A stretch of 61,079 bases of DNA from Hormoscilla sp. (GCA_051439505.1 JBFRWI010000180.1:1-61079), one strand, 5' to 3'; counted from the first letter of the stretch, positions 1-9,873 are shown. Translations and numbers: made by a program. The notes: generated from the letters alone by a model not told the origin.

Positions 1-576
1 ACAGAGGGATCGAATAGTGGCTGACATCACAGAGAACATCCGGTGACAGGCATGAGGGCAAAGTTCGCAGCTCGCAAACTGTCGGATCGGAAGGATTAAA
101 CAAGACCAAGAACCGGTGAGAAGCAAAGAGATGAAGGACATGCTAGTTCCTGGCAAGGAAAAACGTTTAACCCCCGCTCGAACTATAAATACCGGCTATT
201 TACCATTGTGGAAGCTCTCAAAGATGAACAATGACGAGTTGTTTTCGGTCACAACAGAAATATTGAAAGGTAAAACACCTATATGAGTATCCTCTAACTC
301 GGTCGATCGCACAGAGAAGTTGTAGGAAAAGACCGAGGAACTCCAGTGTATTGAGGGATACATCAATCCAAGTTTGAAGCGATCGCTCTTCGAGAGGAGA
401 TCGTGACGTAGTGCCATGCGTTCCCCTGTCAGCAGCGGTTAGCAGGACAGGAGGTAGCAACGGGCAACTACTTCAGGCGATGAAGATCGCCCAATAAGCA
501 TGCCAAAAATCTGCCGCACCTTCACTTCTGTAGCGGCAGAACCGGGCAGTTGTGTCAAATAAAAAGAGGAAAGATA

Positions 577-1956
577 ATGAATCTAGAAACTGCACTTACT
601 CAAACAGAACTGACAGAAAAGATCAAAGAAGAGTTGATAGAGCAGTTAGAGCGCACCGTCCCGGAAACATCAGAACAGAAGGACATTGGGGTAAAGCATG
701 ACCCAAAATATCGTACCTCAGAGTGGTACACGGGTGAGGGGCAGATCTTCCCAGGAAAGGACGGTCGCGAGTTCGAGGTCACTGCAACCTACCGTCTGAC
801 GGCCAAGGTGAAGCTGGTCGATGGGGTATTTGACCCGTCGAACCCCACCCTGGCGGAAATCTACAATAGTCGGGGTCGCTGTGTTGCCGTGATCGACGAA
901 ACCGTCAATGAACTCTACGGAGAGTCGGTGCATCGCTATTTTGATGCCAACGAAATTCCTCTAGAAATGCAGGTGATCCGGGCCTGGGAAGCGGACAAAA
1001 CTCCCGAAACAGTCCACCGTATTTTGGGATTCCTGGGCAAGGATGGTTGTGACGTGTCCCGCAATGAACCGGTGCTGGTGATCGGCGGTGGCGTCCTCGC
1101 CGATGTAGCAGGGTTGGCCTGTTCTTTACAGCATCGCCGCACTCCTTATGTGATGGTGGGGACCACGGTGATCGCAGCGATCGATGCCGGTCCGTCACCC
1201 CGCACCTGTACCAACGGCAAGCAATTCAAGAACAGCATTGGTGCTTATCATCCCCCAGTGCTGACTCTGGTCGATCGCAGTTTATTCCGCACCCTCGCCA
1301 CCGGTCACGTCCGCCATGGCATGTCCGAAATTATCAAGATGGCAGTGACAGATGACGAAGTTCTGTTTGAACTGCTGGAGAAACATGGTAAGCGCTTGGT
1401 CGAAACCCACTTTGCTACCATCGAAGAAGACGAAGAGTTGGGTGAAATCGCCGATGAGGTGATCTACCGGGAACTGTTCTCCTACATGAAGCACGAAGGG
1501 ACGAACATGTTCGAGACCTATCAGGATCGGCCTCACGCCTACGGTCACACTTGGAGTCCCCGGTTTGAACCGGCAGTGGGGCTGATGCACGGTCACGCGG
1601 TCAGCATCGGCATGGCTTTCGGGGCAACTTTGGCCATGCTCCTCGGTTGGATCTCCGCAGCAGATCGCGATCGCATCATTGCCCTGATTCGCAGCCTCGA
1701 TTTGGCAGTCTATCATCCGATCCTGGAAGACATTGATCTAATGATTTCCGGACAGAAGAATATGAATCGCAAGCGGGGAGATGGCGGACTGTGGGCCCCC
1801 CTACCTCGGGGCGGCATTGGCAACTGTGACTATGCCCGAGAAGTGACCCAGGAATTGCTGGAAGCTGCTGTCTCCGAACATAAGGCATTATGTGCTAACT
1901 TCCCCGATGGTGGGGCCGGAAAGGAAATGTACCTCAGGGATCTGGGTCTGGAATAA
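577..1956 (+). CDS. mysA: Sedoheptulose 7-phosphate cyclase (demethyl-4-deoxygadusol synthase-like, divergent type with N-terminal extension)
   Basis: DHQS-like motifs EPVLVIGGGVLADVAG, HGMSEIIKMAV, AYGHTWSP and HGHAVSIGMAF. AGAGGA RBS before ATG 577. Lies next to mysBCD. Confidence 0.88.
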   Translation: MNLETALTQTELTEKIKEELIEQLERTVPETSEQKDIGVKHDPKYRTSEWYTGEGQIFPGKDGREFEVTATYRLTAKVKLVDGVFDPSNPTLAEIYNSRGRCVAVIDETVNELYGESVHRYFDANEIPLEMQVIRAWEADKTPETVHRILGFLGKDGCDVSRNEPVLVIGGGVLADVAGLACSLQHRRTPYVMVGTTVIAAIDAGPSPRTCTNGKQFKNSIGAYHPPVLTLVDRSLFRTLATGHVRHGMSEIIKMAVTDDEVLFELLEKHGKRLVETHFATIEEDEELGEIADEVIYRELFSYMKHEGTNMFETYQDRPHAYGHTWSPRFEPAVGLMHGHAVSIGMAFGATLAMLLGWISAADRDRIIALIRSLDLAVYHPILEDIDLMISGQKNMNRKRGDGGLWAPLPRGGIGNCDYAREVTQELLEAAVSEHKALCANFPDGGAGKEMYLRDLGLE

Positions 1957-1974
1957 AAAGACTGATCGCCCTTG

Positions 1975-2098
1975 CTGTAGGTTGGGTTTCCCACGAAACC
2001 CAACACCAGCAAACCGAAACCTCTGTTGTAGGTTGGGTTTCCCCACGAAACCCAACCGCAACACTGTTGGGTTTCGCTCACGCTCTACCCAACCTACG
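1975..2098. repeat. REP-like palindromic repeats (TGTAGGTTGGGTTTC...GAAACCCAAC)
   Basis: Three related palindromic units between convergent genes. Related units occur near 39831-39860 and 46748-46771. Confidence 0.75.
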
Positions 2099-2107
2099 GT
2101 AATGGTA

Positions 2108-3664
2108 TTACTTGATTGCCACTAGGGTCATGTCCACCTCTTGGATCAGGTTATTGTATAGTGTACTCTGTTGAAGGAGATACTCTGTATCATCCGCCCG
2201 ATCGGGGTATAATTCGGACCAGAGTTCGCTAGGTTTATATATGGTCTCCACCAAATCGAAGTCAACACCTAGATATATACCCAGTGGAGTAGTAGGATAT
2301 CCTTTCGCCTGCCGCTCTCGATTAAATTTTTGGGAAAACATACTCAAACCATAGGGCGTGATTGGACGCACGTGTGTCGGATCGTGCAGGAGGTTGTCGT
2401 GGCGATGGTGGGGGACTATTACATGCACCCGTCCCCCTGGTTTGCAGATTCGATATATCTCCTGGATGATTTTGAGATAGACTTCTGCTTGTTGTCCCAG
2501 ATGTTCCAGTACGTGAGACAGTTCAATTTCTACCACCGTATTATCTTCCCATGGCCAAGGGAATGTCTCCAAATCTAACTTGACGTCAGGATTTCCAAAC
2601 TTGTCCACATTGATGTAACCTTCTCTAGGTCTCGATCCGCAACCCAGATTTAAGCGTAAGTTCGACGACTTGCGAGGGTTCCAAGGAGAACGTTGCTCTT
2701 CGATATGCATGTTCTTTTTGTCCTTCTTCAGGTGTCGGGGACTACTTTCAAAAGACAAAGATGACGGCAGCGCCTTTGCTTCGTATTCTCCTTGAATAAA
2801 TGACTCTATCTCTGCATAGGTCGGAGAAAATAACTCTGAGTCCGATTCTATAGATCCCTTGCTCTTCAGGGTAGTGGAAAACAGACCCGTGCCGTCATCA
2901 AAAAAGCGCTCGGTGGTCGCCCCGTATTGTTCGTAGGGGTGAAATGCTAGGTCCCCAGGAGCTTTCGCCGCCACCCAGGAAGAATAGCACCAATATTCAC
3001 TAAAGGTTTCAAACTGATTAGCAGAACGCATCATCAACAGCAGCCAGTTTTCCTCTGATTGAAAGTAGTTTTGTACTTGCTGCTTAAATGATGCCAGATG
3101 TTCCTGCTTAAACCACATGTGATGGGGAATAAAGGTGCCTTCCTGGTCTGTCACCGGCTCTACCCCAAGCACCGATCGGATCCACTCAGCCCACTTGTGT
3201 ACGATATGCTCGTTACCCCATTGATTGTGTTGCAGAAGTGCAAATGGGTGCTTTATCGTTTGCTGCTCTTCGAGAATGAGTGGCCAAGTATCTACCGGCA
3301 GTAGGTCGCTATCCCAGACAACGTACCATTCACTCAGGTCCTCAATCCCCTCTGAAGCACCGAGTTTTAATAGCTGCTGATAGAACCACCCCGGGGTATA
3401 AAGGGATTTGCCTAAATCCAGTTCCGAGCAAATCTCGTCCTTGGTCAGACCACTCTTGTGAAAAAAGTTTTCCTCCTTGTGGGTATAGACTGGAGCAACT
3501 TGCCATTCCTTAACCTGGGTCCCGAGCGATCGCACTTCTGTTTCCGGGGCAATTATGTGAATTGCCCGGGGCTTGTAGTGGTGAGTCAGTCCTTCCAGAA
3601 CAGCTCGCGTGTTCCAACGCCACCGGTAGAGGGGGATAACAAAGTCGAATGTTTCTTTTACCAT
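2108..3664 (-). CDS. Fusion of a glycosyltransferase-like (DUF6492/GT-A-like) domain and a class I SAM methyltransferase domain
   Basis: The N-part has DFVIP, WFYQQLLKLGA, YVVWDSD (DxD) and FSEY. The C-part has LRLNLGCG...GYINVD, SHVLEH, EIYRICKPGG and DPTH. ATG 3664 is preferred over GTG 3700. Confidence 0.7.
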   Translation of the reverse strand: MVKETFDFVIPLYRWRWNTRAVLEGLTHHYKPRAIHIIAPETEVRSLGTQVKEWQVAPVYTHKEENFFHKSGLTKDEICSELDLGKSLYTPGWFYQQLLKLGASEGIEDLSEWYVVWDSDLLPVDTWPLILEEQQTIKHPFALLQHNQWGNEHIVHKWAEWIRSVLGVEPVTDQEGTFIPHHMWFKQEHLASFKQQVQNYFQSEENWLLLMMRSANQFETFSEYWCYSSWVAAKAPGDLAFHPYEQYGATTERFFDDGTGLFSTTLKSKGSIESDSELFSPTYAEIESFIQGEYEAKALPSSLSFESSPRHLKKDKKNMHIEEQRSPWNPRKSSNLRLNLGCGSRPREGYINVDKFGNPDVKLDLETFPWPWEDNTVVEIELSHVLEHLGQQAEVYLKIIQEIYRICKPGGRVHVIVPHHRHDNLLHDPTHVRPITPYGLSMFSQKFNRERQAKGYPTTPLGIYLGVDFDLVETIYKPSELWSELYPDRADDTEYLLQQSTLYNNLIQEVDMTLVAIK

Positions 3665-4103
3665 CGAATCTGAAAATTTCCTATTTATCTTTGCTTTCAC
3701 AATCTGCTGTCACGCTACTTGGGCGCGATCGCGCCCAAGTTACGATCGAACCTTAAACAATTGCTCAACAGCCGAACCATATCACACCTGCGGGAACATG
3801 TCCAGACATAAGAGTAAGTATTTTGGCTTATCTATAATCTGGCGATCGCTGTCAATCATCCCATATGGTAATTAATGGGTTTGAAGCTGTTGACAACGGG
3901 ATCCTCAACATGCTTAACATATATTAGCTCAACTACTTTTGGTCACAGTCCCAAGCAAAAATTCTAGAAGGGAAAGGCTTTCAGGTTCCCTCCCTATCAG
4001 ACGAACGTCGTCAATTGACCGGTGGGCAGACAAGTTCCAACCGCTCTAGACAGGGTTAAGAAGCGTGAGAGTCAAGACTTTCAGAACTGGAGGTAGTTTC
4101 AAG

Positions 4104-4154
4104 ATGTCCAATGGCATGTCCATGTTTGAACTAATTTGGGGGAAGAGTGCATGA
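4104..4154 (+). other. 16-codon mini-ORF MSNGMSMFELIWGKSA overlapping the mysB start (possible vestige of a canonical mysA)
   Basis: GGAGG at 4089-4093, ATG at 4104, and the stop overlaps the mysB start as ATGA (4151-4154). Confidence 0.35.
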
Positions 4155-4987
4155 CGAGCGCAACGCTTGTGAAGGAAAAGACGGCAAGACCGGTTACTCC
4201 CTTGGGTATCTTGGTAGAAGATCTGGCCAAGGCAGTGGAGATGCTCTCTGATGCCAAGGTGCCAGCGGAACTGGCCGCAGCTGTTCGGAAAGCTCACAGT
4301 CTGGCAGCGGGAATGGAACCTTATCTGAATAACTACAGTACTGCCGAGTCCCCCGCATTGGCAGCATTGGCAGCCAAAACGGTAGAGGAAGATTGGAGCA
4401 AAAGGTTCTCGGATGGAGAACTGGTGCGATATTTAGAACAGGAGATGCTCTCGGGACATGTCGAGGGACAAACTCTGAAGATGTTTGTCCACATGACGGG
4501 GGCAAAACGGATCTTGGAAGTCGGCATGTTCACCGGCTATTCAGCCCTGGCCATGGCAGAGGCCCTGCCAGAAGATGGACTCATGGTTGCCTGTGAGGTG
4601 GATGAATATGTGGCTAACTTTGCCAAAACCTGTTTCCAAGAGTCCCCCCACGGGAGTAAGATCGCTGTCAAGGTAGCTCCCGCTTTGGAGACCATGCGCC
4701 AATTGGCAGATGCTTCGGAGTCCTTTGACTTGGTGTTTATCGATGCTGATAAGTCCGAATATGTAGATTACTATAATCTCCTGCTGGATACCGGCCTGTT
4801 GGCACCAAAGGGGTTTATCTGCGTGGATAATACCTTGCTCCAGGGACTGCCTTATTTGCCGCCAGCACAACGGACTGCAAACGGAGAGGCGATCGCCCGC
4901 TTCAACCAGGTGGTGGCGGACGATCCGAGGGTAGAACAAGTGATTCTACCTTTGCGGGACGGCGTGACCATCATCCGCCGCAAGTAG
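4151..4987 (+). CDS. mysB: MAA biosynthesis O-methyltransferase
   Basis: ARPVTPLGIL, LEQEMLSGHVEGQTLK, LEVGMFTGYS, FDLVFIDADK and LPLRDG motifs. Confidence 0.93.
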   Translation: MTSATLVKEKTARPVTPLGILVEDLAKAVEMLSDAKVPAELAAAVRKAHSLAAGMEPYLNNYSTAESPALAALAAKTVEEDWSKRFSDGELVRYLEQEMLSGHVEGQTLKMFVHMTGAKRILEVGMFTGYSALAMAEALPEDGLMVACEVDEYVANFAKTCFQESPHGSKIAVKVAPALETMRQLADASESFDLVFIDADKSEYVDYYNLLLDTGLLAPKGFICVDNTLLQGLPYLPPAQRTANGEAIARFNQVVADDPRVEQVILPLRDGVTIIRRK

Positions 4988-5003
4988 CAAGTAGGGTGGG
5001 CAT

Positions 5004-6398
5004 ATGGCCCACCTTACGCTTATCGAGCAATATAGGTTACAAACAATGTCTGTAAAAGCCAAGTTTTGGGCATTTTGCCAGAATATCGGTACCCTCACGT
5101 TACTATTGTTGGCATTACCGTTTAACGCGATCGTCGTTTTACCATGTCTGTTATGGAGTTGGCTAAGTAAACCTTTTCAGAAAAAGGTGGTTGCGGACAA
5201 CCCGAAAAGGATCTTGATCACGGGTGCCAAGATGACAAAGGCGCTGCAACTGGCCCGTTGCTTTCACGCCGCCGGACATACAGTATTTCTGGTAGAAACT
5301 CATAAATACTGGTTATCAGGACATCGCTTTTCTCGCGCAGTAAAGGGATTTTTCACTGTGCCCGCACCGGAAAAAGACCCGAATGGCTATTGTCAGGGAT
5401 TATTGGATATTGTGAAAAAGGAAAAGATTGATGTCTTTATTCCCGTATCCAGTCCCGTTGCCAGTTACTACGACTCGATCGCGAAATCATTGTTATCACC
5501 TCACTGCGAGGCGTTAACCTTTGATCCTGAAATCACCCAGATGTTAGATGACAAGTTTACTTTTTGTCAGAAGGCGAGGGAGTTGGGTTTAACTGCACCT
5601 AAAGCATTTTTGATTACAGACCCGGAACAAGTGCTGAACTTTGACTTTGCCGCCGATGGCAGTCAGTACATTATCAAGAGTATCGCCTATAACTCAGTTT
5701 ACCGCTTGGATCTGACGAAACTGCCCATGAGTAGCAAAGAGGAAATGGCAAGTTTTGTCAAGGGATTGCCCATCAGCAAGTCCCAACCTTGGATCATGCA
5801 GGAATTTATTCGCGGACAAGAATATTGTACCCACAGTACGGTCAGGAAGGGGATCGTCAGGCTGCATTGCTGTTCGGAGTCTTCTCCCTTTCAGGTAAAT
5901 TACGAACAGGTGGATAATCAGGAGATTTTCCAATGGGTGCAGCAGTTTGTCAAGGCATTAAACCTGACTGGACAATTCTCTTTAGATGTCATTGTGACCG
6001 AGGATGGGAAGGTTTATCCAGTAGAATGTAACCCGCGCACCCACACGGCAATTACTATGTTTTACAATCATCCTGGGGTAGCAAATGCATATCTTTTCGA
6101 TAGCAAGGAAGATGGAGAACTGCCCATTCAGCCCCTTCCTGAGAGTAAACCTACCTATTGGGCATATCACGAACTCTGGCGACTGACAGGAATTAGGTCT
6201 TGGGGGCAACTCAAGGGGTGGTTTAATAAGATAATTAAGGGAACGGATGCGATGTTCCAGCTGCATGACCCCTTGCCGTTTTTGATGGTCCACCACTGGC
6301 AAATAACATTACTCCTGCTGAATAATCTGAGGAAGTTAAAAGGTTGGGTGAAGATTGATTTTAATATTGGCAAGCTAGTAGAATTGGGCGGAGACTAG
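5004..6398 (+). CDS. mysC: ATP-grasp ligase (mycosporine-glycine synthase)
   Basis: GAKMTKALQLAR, FIPVSSPVASYYDS, ECNPRTH and the C-terminal IDFNIGKLVELGGD. Confidence 0.93.
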   Translation: MAHLTLIEQYRLQTMSVKAKFWAFCQNIGTLTLLLLALPFNAIVVLPCLLWSWLSKPFQKKVVADNPKRILITGAKMTKALQLARCFHAAGHTVFLVETHKYWLSGHRFSRAVKGFFTVPAPEKDPNGYCQGLLDIVKKEKIDVFIPVSSPVASYYDSIAKSLLSPHCEALTFDPEITQMLDDKFTFCQKARELGLTAPKAFLITDPEQVLNFDFAADGSQYIIKSIAYNSVYRLDLTKLPMSSKEEMASFVKGLPISKSQPWIMQEFIRGQEYCTHSTVRKGIVRLHCCSESSPFQVNYEQVDNQEIFQWVQQFVKALNLTGQFSLDVIVTEDGKVYPVECNPRTHTAITMFYNHPGVANAYLFDSKEDGELPIQPLPESKPTYWAYHELWRLTGIRSWGQLKGWFNKIIKGTDAMFQLHDPLPFLMVHHWQITLLLLNNLRKLKGWVKIDFNIGKLVELGGD

Positions 6399-6591
6399 GG
6401 CGCAGGGAGGACGGGGTGAGGCGGTGACGCGGGGACGCGGGGACGGGGTGAGGCGGTGACGCGGTGACACCCCATCGACCTGGGACCTGTCTCCCACGAG
6501 GCATATAGTCTCGGAGTCTTCCCTGTGGAACCGGTCAACCCATAACAGATATCGGTGAGGCAGTGGCCGCGCCTAGTGCGCTGTTGGAAAT

Positions 6592-6691
6592 AACCTAGTG
6601 CTGTTATTCCCAAAAACCTAGTGCTGTTATTCCCCATAACCTAGTGCTGTTATTCTCCATAACCTAGTGCTGTTATTCTCCAAACCTAGTG
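6592..6691 (+). repeat. Tandem repeat of a 23-nt unit AACCTAGTGCTGTTATTCYCMAW, about 4.4 copies
   Basis: Units start at 6592, 6615, 6638, 6661 and (partial) 6683, with no spacers. Confidence 0.9.
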
Positions 6692-6924
6692 GTGCGAATG
6701 GGCCAACCTGTGGGTCTTCACCTGATGGAGGTGAGGCGTGACAGCACTCAAGATGTCCAAACCTGCTCGTGACTTGCGCTCGTGTTGGTCAGAGTTTGGG
6801 TAAAATATTGCTGTGCTCTGCCAAATATGGTAAGAGAGGATCGGCCCGTTGGTTTGCTGCCCCCCCCCACGCGATCGCCCCGCCAAACCAACGGGCGCAA
6901 GACTACACCCCCTACAAACTGACA

Positions 6925-8349
6925 ATGGATAATCAAGTTTGGATCGCAGTAACATTCATCGCCTTTCTGCTATTATTTACTATAGTGGGAATATATTCGG
7001 CGACCCGCAAGCAAAATACGACGAGTGATTACCTGCTGGCCAGCAGAAATGTAAATCCATGGCTGACGGCCCTATCGGCCCAGGCGTCAGGTCAAAGCGG
7101 CTTGTTGTTTATCGGTCAGGTAGGCTTCGCTTACAAGACGGGAATTTCGGCAATATGCTTGACAATAGGCTGGGCGATCGGGGACTATATTGCTTGGTTG
7201 TTGGTTTTCAAACGGTTAAGAGAAATATCTGAGTTAACGGCGGCGGAGACTGTCTCATCCTTACTGGGTCAAGAAAAAAAAGGGTGGCGTCCGATTACAA
7301 AGCTCTCAGCTTTAATTATTATTACCTTTATGGGAACCTATGCGGCAGCACAACTGGTGGCGGGTAGCAAGGCACTGAATGCCATATTTGGCTGGAACTA
7401 CAACTTGGGTATAATAGTAGGGGCAGTCATTGTGGTTATCTATTGTTTTTCTGGAGGTATCCGCGCTTCCATCTGGACGGATGCAGTGCAATCAGTGATT
7501 ATGATCGGTTCCTTGCTGCTGCTGCTGGTAGTTGCAGTTGCTAGCAGCGGTGGCGTAGTCGAAATAGGTCGAAAACTTGCCGAGATAGACCCGGCACTGG
7601 TTTCCTTAAGCCCCCAAAACCTTCAGTTCGGACTGTTGCCTTTTTTCATCGGTTGGATAGCAGCAGGGTTTGGGGTGGTAGGTCAACCTCATATCCTGGT
7701 CCGAGGTATGGCGATCGACTCAGCAGATAATATAAATAAAGCTCGTAATATAAAAATAATATGCGGTCTGGTGGCATCTTTTTCGAGTATATGTATAGGA
7801 CTGACAGCCAGAGTGATGCTACCAGAATTAATGGTAGGTGGGGATCCGGAGTTAGCACTGCCCTATTTATCCCTAGAATTGTTGCCTGCGCTCTTGGTAG
7901 GATTGATGCTAGCGGGACTGTTTGCTGCTACGATATCGACGGCGGACTCTCAGATACTCTCAAGTTCGGCAGCTTTAACTCAGGACTTGTTTCCTGAAAC
8001 TGCGAAGTCTTACAAGTGGGCGAAGTTGGGAACCCTGACGGTGACAATGATAATTTTGATGATGGCTTTGGCAGGAGATGATAATGTATTTGCATTGGTA
8101 ATATTCTCTTGGTCGGCCCTAGCTTCCGGTCTCGGTCCTCTATTGCTAGTGCGGGTTTGGCAAAAACCGGTAACGGCACCAGTGGCGATCGCCATGATGG
8201 TGGCGGGCATCGGGGCAGCTTTAACCTGGAAGTTAGGACTAAACTTGTCTGGAATAGTTTACGAAGTGCTTCCGGGCATGACGGCTGGTATGCTTGTTTA
8301 TGGAATCAGTTGGTCAGCAAAGATCGACAAAAAATTTCCTAACATTTGA
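6925..8349 (+). CDS. Sodium:solute (proline/PutP-like) symporter
   Basis: Multi-TM protein with DYLLASR, SGGIRASIWTD, GQPHIL and AATISTADSQ SSS-family motifs. Confidence 0.9.
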   Translation: MDNQVWIAVTFIAFLLLFTIVGIYSATRKQNTTSDYLLASRNVNPWLTALSAQASGQSGLLFIGQVGFAYKTGISAICLTIGWAIGDYIAWLLVFKRLREISELTAAETVSSLLGQEKKGWRPITKLSALIIITFMGTYAAAQLVAGSKALNAIFGWNYNLGIIVGAVIVVIYCFSGGIRASIWTDAVQSVIMIGSLLLLLVVAVASSGGVVEIGRKLAEIDPALVSLSPQNLQFGLLPFFIGWIAAGFGVVGQPHILVRGMAIDSADNINKARNIKIICGLVASFSSICIGLTARVMLPELMVGGDPELALPYLSLELLPALLVGLMLAGLFAATISTADSQILSSSAALTQDLFPETAKSYKWAKLGTLTVTMIILMMALAGDDNVFALVIFSWSALASGLGPLLLVRVWQKPVTAPVAIAMMVAGIGAALTWKLGLNLSGIVYEVLPGMTAGMLVYGISWSAKIDKKFPNI

Positions 8350-8376
8350 GAAAATTAGTACAACAGTAGATTGGAA

Positions 8377-9432
8377 ATGATATCAGAAACAATGGCTTCA
8401 TTGCGAGTCTTGCACCTAGCAGGTTCTCGCGTATCCGACTTCTACTACAACCTGTCGGTACTCTACGCCAGGGAAGTAGTGCAACCAGTTGGTGTCAGTA
8501 GCTACTACGCAGTCGTGTACCCCGATGGTCTTTGGCAGTTGGGTACATCTTTAGACAGTCTATCGGAGAAAATGTCCCTCCAAGAGGCGATCGCGAGGCT
8601 ACCGGAGGTGGATGTAGTAGTGCCGCATATGTTTTGTGTCCCAGGGATGACCAGTTTCCGTGGGTTATTCGAGGACATTCTCGGGCTACCAGTAGTGGGG
8701 TCGCCACCTAGTTGTACGGCCCTAGCAACTAACAAAGCTCAAACCCGAAGCGTCGTGTCAGCATCTGGCGTGCTAGTGGCCAAGGCCCAAGTTGTGCGCC
8801 GGGGAGATACCGTGACCATGCAGCCCCCATTTATAGTGAAGCCGAATTCCGAAGATAATTCGATCGGCCTAACCTTGGTGAGGAAATCAACAGAGGTAGC
8901 CGAAGCATTGCGAGTTGGGTTTGAAAATGACGAGACCTTGTTGGTAGAAGATTACATCCCCGGACGGGAACTGCGCGTGGGGGTAGTCGAACGTGAAGGG
9001 CAGTTATGGGTGCTGCCAGCGATCGAGTATTTAGTCACCGAGTCCAATCCCATTAGAACTGTAAATGATAAGTTAGAGCTGCAAGGGGGACTGCCTAGAA
9101 AACAACCTGATAAGCCAGCAGTGAAAAATGTCTGTCCAGCTAATGTAACTCCTTCTTTATGGGAGAAAATCTCCGATGCAGCCAAGCGGGCACATATAGC
9201 TTTGGGCTGTCGCGATTACTCCCTGTACGACTTCCGGGTACATGCCGACACTTCGGATCCCTATATGCTGGAGGCGGGATTGTTTTGGTCTTTTGGCAAT
9301 ATTAGCATGATCTCGCGGATGCTCCAGGCAGATGGGCAAAATTTGGAGGATTTGGCATTGTCGTTGTGGAGTGCGGCGGCTCGACGGACTCCTGTAGCTT
9401 GTGGTGCGAAGTTTAAGTACGCTAATCTGTGA
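8377..9432 (+). CDS. mysD: D-Ala-D-Ala ligase-like MAA ligase
   Basis: LRVLHLAGS, PHMFCVPGMTSFR, VKPNSEDNS and LGCRDYSLYDFR. Position in the MAA cluster. The start could be 8377 or 8392. Confidence 0.88.
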   Translation: MISETMASLRVLHLAGSRVSDFYYNLSVLYAREVVQPVGVSSYYAVVYPDGLWQLGTSLDSLSEKMSLQEAIARLPEVDVVVPHMFCVPGMTSFRGLFEDILGLPVVGSPPSCTALATNKAQTRSVVSASGVLVAKAQVVRRGDTVTMQPPFIVKPNSEDNSIGLTLVRKSTEVAEALRVGFENDETLLVEDYIPGRELRVGVVEREGQLWVLPAIEYLVTESNPIRTVNDKLELQGGLPRKQPDKPAVKNVCPANVTPSLWEKISDAAKRAHIALGCRDYSLYDFRVHADTSDPYMLEAGLFWSFGNISMISRMLQADGQNLEDLALSLWSAAARRTPVACGAKFKYANL

Positions 9433-9457
9433 AAAGCCGATATAAATAACATCCCCG

Positions 9458-9565
9458 ATGCTCGATCGAACATCTATTGCAGTTACATTCGTCGCCTTTG
9501 GACTATTATTTGTCATGGTAGGAACATTGGCGGCGTTGCGCAAGCACAATACCACTACAGATTAA
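9458..9565 (+). pseudogene. N-terminal 35-codon fragment of a second sodium:solute symporter
   Basis: MLDRTSIAVTFVAFGLLFVMVGTLAALRKHNTTTD* aligns with MDNQVWIAVTFIAFLLLFTIVGIYSATRKQNTTSDY of the gene at 6925. Confidence 0.8.
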
Positions 9566-9570
9566 TAAAA

Positions 9571-9731
9571 ATGAAGCCTCATCTTGACGATAGACAAGAT
9601 ATACAATTGACAAAAAGCCTTCCTATAATAAGGGCATCTCAAGATTCCAGAGATTTGCAGTCCCTACTCGATCATCTGAAACTACATCAACAGGAACTCA
9701 AGGAGACTCTAACTAATCATGGGGCGATCGC
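9571..9731 (+). pseudogene. N-terminal fragment of a TauD/TfdA (SyrP-like) dioxygenase, truncated at a HIP1 site
   Basis: LPII...LLDHLKLHQQELKETLTNHGAI resembles the TauD/SyrP N-terminus (..HGAILFRGF). The similarity stops at GCGATCGC 9724-9731, after which repeat sequence follows. Confidence 0.55.
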
Positions 9732-9759
9732 CTCATACATGCGATCTCTTCCCGAACTG

Positions 9760-9868
9760 CAAGAAACCCGGTTTCTCAACCCCCATGCGATCGCCCCAAG
9801 CAAGAAACCGGGTTTCTGCGATAATTTTTGCAGTCCAACCGAGATCTCACAAAGAAACCCGGTTTCTG
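9760..9868. repeat. REP-like palindromes AGAAACCSGGTTTCT (3 copies)
   Basis: Visible palindromes. The same family occurs near 58065-58128. Confidence 0.75.
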
Positions 9869-9873
9869 AATTT

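Noticed and set aside
1..540. Group II intron, riboswitch or gene upstream of mysA
   Set aside because: No domain V or other recognisable motif. Only short broken frames (for example a ~51-codon ORF at 131-286) and one hairpin at 510-540 are present, so no call can be supported.
6592..6691. 23-nt repeats as a CRISPR array
   Set aside because: No spacers; a simple tandem repeat.
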